Shown here piece after piece: positions 59,701 to 64,000 of a DNA stretch of 64,000 nt. The stretch comes from Monocercomonoides exilis PA203 (taxonomy: Eukaryota; Protista; Preaxostyla). Both the position numbers and the translations under genes were made by a program. Positions within the stretch are counted from its first letter, which is position 1, and each line of letters begins with the position of its first letter. Under the pieces are notes generated by a model. The model was not told the DNA's origin, made no database searches, and worked only from the letters and a program-made list of their open reading frames with translations. Where the stretch lies: the NCBI GenBank assembly GCA_001643675.2, contig LSRY02000004.1:1302001-1366000 (forward strand). Reading direction: 5' to 3'.

Positions 59701-62136
59701 ACTGCACATTCGAGTGGAGCAAGAAGCGAAGGAGCGTCTGCTGGCTTGTTCCTGCCGACGGGCAGCGTGTTCTGGTGAATGGCGAATGGGTTACACAGAA
59801 GAGACAGCTTAACCACGGAGACAGACTCATCATTGGCTGGTCGGTGATCCTGCGCTTTCTGCACCCAGACGCTACTGCTGCTTCTACTTCACCAGCAGCT
59901 GAATCTGCTTCGGCTTCTGCTTCTGCCTCTGCTTCTGCTTCATCGTCATCATCATCTGATTCTTCCTCTTCTTCTTCTTCCTCTTCTTCTTCAGAGCGAT
60001 CAGTCGAAGACGAGTTATCTCTCTCCGCAGAAGAGACGTTCTATTCAGTGATCGATGCAGAGCTGGCTGTGGCACGGGGCAAGTGCCAGTCAGTTGCCGA
60101 GTACCACAAAGGCGGGTCTTCGCTGCAGAATCTCGTGCAGATCGACTCGATGATCGACGAGGCAAACGAGCTGGCGGCGAAGATGGGGCGGAAGGTGAAC
60201 TACGGCATGGACATTGTGGAAGGCGGGCTGAATGCGCGGGTGAGGGTGAACTCGCATGAGGTTGGGGAAGTGCAAGAGTGGGGGGTGGCAGAGCTTGAAT
60301 CGCGGCTGCCACTGATGCGGGAGATGCTGCATGTGAAGCAGCAGCTCATCAAGAAGGAGAAGGAGAGGAGGGACAGGCACAGGAGAGAACAAGGGTGTGG
60401 ACAAGAAGACAGAAGACAAGCACCACAAGAGCAGAGAACAGACATGTGCAGCTCATTCCCTGCCCAGCGCCCAGGGCAGATGAGTCCTCCTCCTCCTCCT
60501 CAGCAGCATCAGCAGCAGCCACCACAAAGCGGACCAGGTGCGCTGGCATATCCAGCAGACAGAGCGTATTTGGCTGAGCCGCCAGCATCGCAGATGGGGT
60601 TGTCCTATCCAGCACAGCGTGTGCCGCTTCCGTCTGCGGCGAAGCTGGCGATGTCGAGTGTCCCAGTTGTGGAGAAGTTTACGATTCGGTCGGTTCCACA
60701 GCAGATCTTTGACTTGTTGAGGATCAAAAAGAAAGAAAAGAAGCAGAAGCGATGTGGAAAGTTTGGCGAGAGAGGACGAGGAGGAGGAGAAGAAGAAGTT
60801 GAAGCAGAAGAAGAATGCTGCTTGAACAGCGATTCGGTGCGTTTCGATGCCGAAGCCGAAAGTGAGGACGAAAGCGAAGACGAGAGCGAAGACAGTGACT
60901 CCGACGGGGAAGCAGTGCTTGTGGAGGACGGAGACGATGCAGAAGATCCTGTTCTGGACAGTGTGGATGTGAACCTGTCGCTCTGCGAAGATCCGTTTTT
61001 CAAGCCGCCGCAGGACTTTCTGCTGGGAAAGATGACACTCCCGCTGCGGCTGCTGCTGCGAACAGGGTTTGTCTCGGGCTCGTTCTTCATTGTGGAGCCT
61101 GAGGGGTTTGTGGTGCCTGGGCTGGAGGCTGAAATGAAGAAGAAGAACAAGAAGAACAAGAAGCAAGTGGGGAAGAAAGATGAGAAGGAGCAAAGTATGT
61201 GTTATTGTTTTTGTTGTAGTTGTGTAAATATTTATATGATTTCTTCTTCTTCTTCTTCTTCTTCTTCTTCTTTATTTATTTATTTATTTGAAAATCAAAT
61301 TTTAATGTGATTTTAGAAGAGAAACGCAATGCAGGTATTCTCACGATGTCTATGAAGATGACGCAGAAGCACAGCTATGGACAAGAAGGGTCGTATGCAG
61401 CAAGAGACGAAGAAGAGAATGTGCCTGTGATGAGCGTGGAAGTGGCAGCTGGGCCGAACAAGAAGAAGAAAGAGAGAAGAGTCGATCTGAACGCGATCAA
61501 AGGGAGCAGCATTGTTGTGAGGCTTGATTTGTCTTCGATAAGGCTCGACAATGAAGACTTAAAAGGGTTGGAAGACGTGTCTGTTCGCTTTGCTTTCCCT
61601 GATGGTGTCCAGAGAGTTGTGAAGGTGTGAATGAATATGTAACATTCGTCGAATTGTGATGCTTAGCAGAGGAGTAAGTTGTGTCATTTTTGATTTTTTT
61701 TTCTTTTCTTTTAAATATCATTTAAAATTTATTGTTGAATCTTTTGCTGTTAATTATTTATTTGATTACAATCATATCTTTCATCCATTTGAAAAACAAT
61801 AATTCCCAGTGTGAAAGCATAAACGAGAAGGATGTGAAGCTGACGTGGAAGCTGAAGACGGAGTTTCCTCAGTTTGACGATGAGACAGCGCAGTTTTTCC
61901 AGTCGCACTTGATGGTGATTGAAGTTCTGGGCCATTTCCCGTACGGATATGCAGAGAAAAAGAGAGCAGAACAAGAAGAAAGAGGAAGAGAAGGGGGAAG
62001 AGGAGAAGGAGAGAGAGGGCAAGTTGCACAGCTGCAGAGGATGCTGAAGATGAAAGAGGACGAAAATGAGAGGTTGAAGGAGCATAACGAACAGTTGATG
62101 AAGATGCTGAATCAGTTGAAAGGAACTAGGAATTAG
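56787..62136 (+). CDS. Kinesin-3 family motor (Unc-104/KIF1/KIF13-like) with FHA domain, about 9 exons
   Basis: [10 protein letters not shown]-loop [45 protein letters not shown], neck [22 protein letters not shown] segment VLVNG...[10 protein letters not shown]. Introns 56909-56997, 57056-57113, 57591-57687, 57824-57964, 58133-58533, ~59464/59485-59652, 61195-61316, 61625-61809. Confidence 0.9.
58460..58512. repeat. (TTTTC)n microsatellite in kinesin intron 5
   Basis: Tandem ttttc units read directly. Confidence 0.85.
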
Positions 62137-62929
62137 AGAGATATCCCACTGAGGATATGGGATTGTATTCTAAAAAATGAATTTGTTTCAAAGAGAGAAA
62201 GAGAGAGAGAGAGAAAAGTAATTTTATAAGATTGCTGAATTTTTTACATGCAAATTGAACCGGTTCTCTGTTAGCAGCGAATATGGAAATTAAGCAGAAT
62301 TATTTTTCATCACCAAAAACTGTATTTATTTGATTTCACAGAAATGAATAAAGGATATCTGTTCTATTAAAAGATAAGCACCGTTTTTAATCCTTTTTGT
62401 TTATTTATTTTTTTTCAGAACTTTTTTCTGTTGTTGCTATTTCTAATTTCATTCACTTTGAATACATATTTTATCTTCTGCTTTTATTTTCCCAATTCAC
62501 TTTTCTGAGGATAATGTTCGTCTCGTGGCAACATCAGACTTTCTGAAACCCCTTTTTCTTTTTGCATTCTTGAGAAGTTAAAGCTCAAAGCTAATCAATC
62601 AACCAATCACCGTTCATTATTTATAGAATTTGAGTAAATTACAAAAGGAAAAAAAATATTCAATTTGTTTTGGTTTAGTCATGATACTTTTTTAAAATCA
62701 TTCATAAAAAGTGTTGAAAACACATACTAACAATTGTAATGAATTGATCGTAATGGTTAAATACAAAGTATTATACTCATGCTCAACATGCTATTTTAGC
62801 AAGTGTAATTCCACATTTTGCAATGGCGTTGCACGAAGGAGATTGTTAAAATTCCAAATGATTTGAATATTGCTAAAGGGCTTAGGAAACAGGGAATGTA
62901 TTTTCTGTGCCAACAAGCTTTCCCTAATG

Positions 62930-64000
62930 TCATGCGTCCTCGCTTGCCTCGATTGGATATTTACCTTCAAAAAATATCTCGTTGATGACTCTTCCAACAC
63001 AGCACTCCATGTTTGACCAGCTCAAAACTCGCTTGGCTGCTTTTTTTGCTTCGTCACATGAATTAGAAGGAGCAAAGCTCAAGCCGCAGTCACGGAGCTA
63101 ATTGAAGAAATTGAGATACATTGAATAAAATTTGGGTGATAATGATTATTAGTGTTTCATCAGAAAAATTTGTTGAAAAAAAAATGAATTGAAAGCGCAA
63201 TAAAAATATTGATGATTCCAAAAGATAAATCGATTCGTTTATTAATTAAAACAAGAGATTTATAATTCATAATGACAAACCATTTGAACATCATTCTCTC
63301 CATCTCCAATTGAAACAACTTCATCCATTTTGCATTTGAGTCTTTCGCTGCAGAGCCATTGAAGAGCATCGCTCTTTGTTCCCTTTGCAGGAAGAACTTC
63401 ACAACAAAAAGGAAGATACACTGCAAGTCTGCTATCTTTGGGTATCAGAGCATTCATTTCTGGAAATATTCTGAGAAAAGTTTAATCCACAAAAATTTAA
63501 GAAAAAAAAAGAAAGAAAATACTTTTTGGAAACAAGTTCGACTGTTTCTGAAATAAGAAGTTTTCTTGGATGCTCCTCTGCGCAAAGCTTTTTCATTTCA
63601 TCATAATTAACAATCAAACTCTATAATAACAAAAAGTTACAAAAAGAATTAATATCAATCACAAAGCACCTGCAGAGTTGAGCTTTCAATGTGTCTCATG
63701 TGAACATCGTTATTTTTTGTACTGACAACGTATTTTCCTTTGTAAAACAATTCTATATGAAAATATCTTCAATGGAATTGCTGAAGCGAATAATTGTCAA
63801 ACCAATGCAATACTCATTCTTTTCGCAATACTCAATAACAATATTAATAGCTTCATCAGAAAGTGAAATGCAATGAATTACTTCTCCATTTTCGACTGAT
63901 GCAATCTCGCATCCGCAAGATCCTTCAAAATGAAAGCTTTCAAAAAAACAATTTTCAAGAAAATATCCATACCAATTGCAAAACAGTTACCAGTTCTTAA
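62930..64000 (-). CDS. Cof-type HAD-superfamily (subclass IIB) hydrolase, 3' part; multi-exon, starts beyond the window
   Basis: Motif III CEVLPAKGTKSDAL and motif IV VVSIGDGENDVQM|LRDCGLSFAPSNSCDEAKKAAKRV. Stop TGA at 62932-62930. Confidence 0.85.

Noticed and set aside
1-64000. Genome-wide TAA/TAG=Gln code
   Set aside because: Multi-kb ORFs have no in-frame TAR codons, and the CDK, kinesin (TAG) and histidine kinase (TAA) end plausibly at them.
1-64000. CRISPR arrays, tRNA or rRNA genes
   Set aside because: No repeat-spacer array or recognisable structural RNA seen by eye; tRNAscan-SE or Infernal would be needed to exclude small RNAs.

Overview
Eukaryotic, AT-rich, intron-containing genomic DNA read with the standard code. 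Gene style (short GT-AG introns, poly-Ser linkers, giant beta-helix/TM/kinase-like proteins) suggests an oxymonad such as Monocercomonoides; this is an inference, not a database result. Left to right: a ~2920-aa low-complexity protein (-), striatin (+), a pogo-family DD35D transposon with TIRs and TA flanks, a YhhN/TMEM86 membrane protein, a pseudokinase-like protein and a CDK9-like kinase. The centrepiece is two giant intronless receptor-like genes (24877-33919 +, 40421-52660 -) lying tail-to-tail. Their 3' ~2 kb (stalk, TM, pseudokinase) plus ~3 kb of downstream DNA form a near-perfect ~5.1-kb-arm palindrome, while their ectodomains differ (5 vs 8 Cys/beta-helix modules). The left copy has a +1 homopolymer frameshift. 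To the right: a solo transposon end, a ~660-bp fold-back with outward-pointing microsatellite/poly(A) tails, an intron-containing stand-alone bacterial-type histidine kinase, a kinesin-3 with FHA domain, and the 3' part of a Cof-type HAD hydrolase. Splice models were built by hand from frame continuity. No RNA genes or CRISPR arrays were seen.
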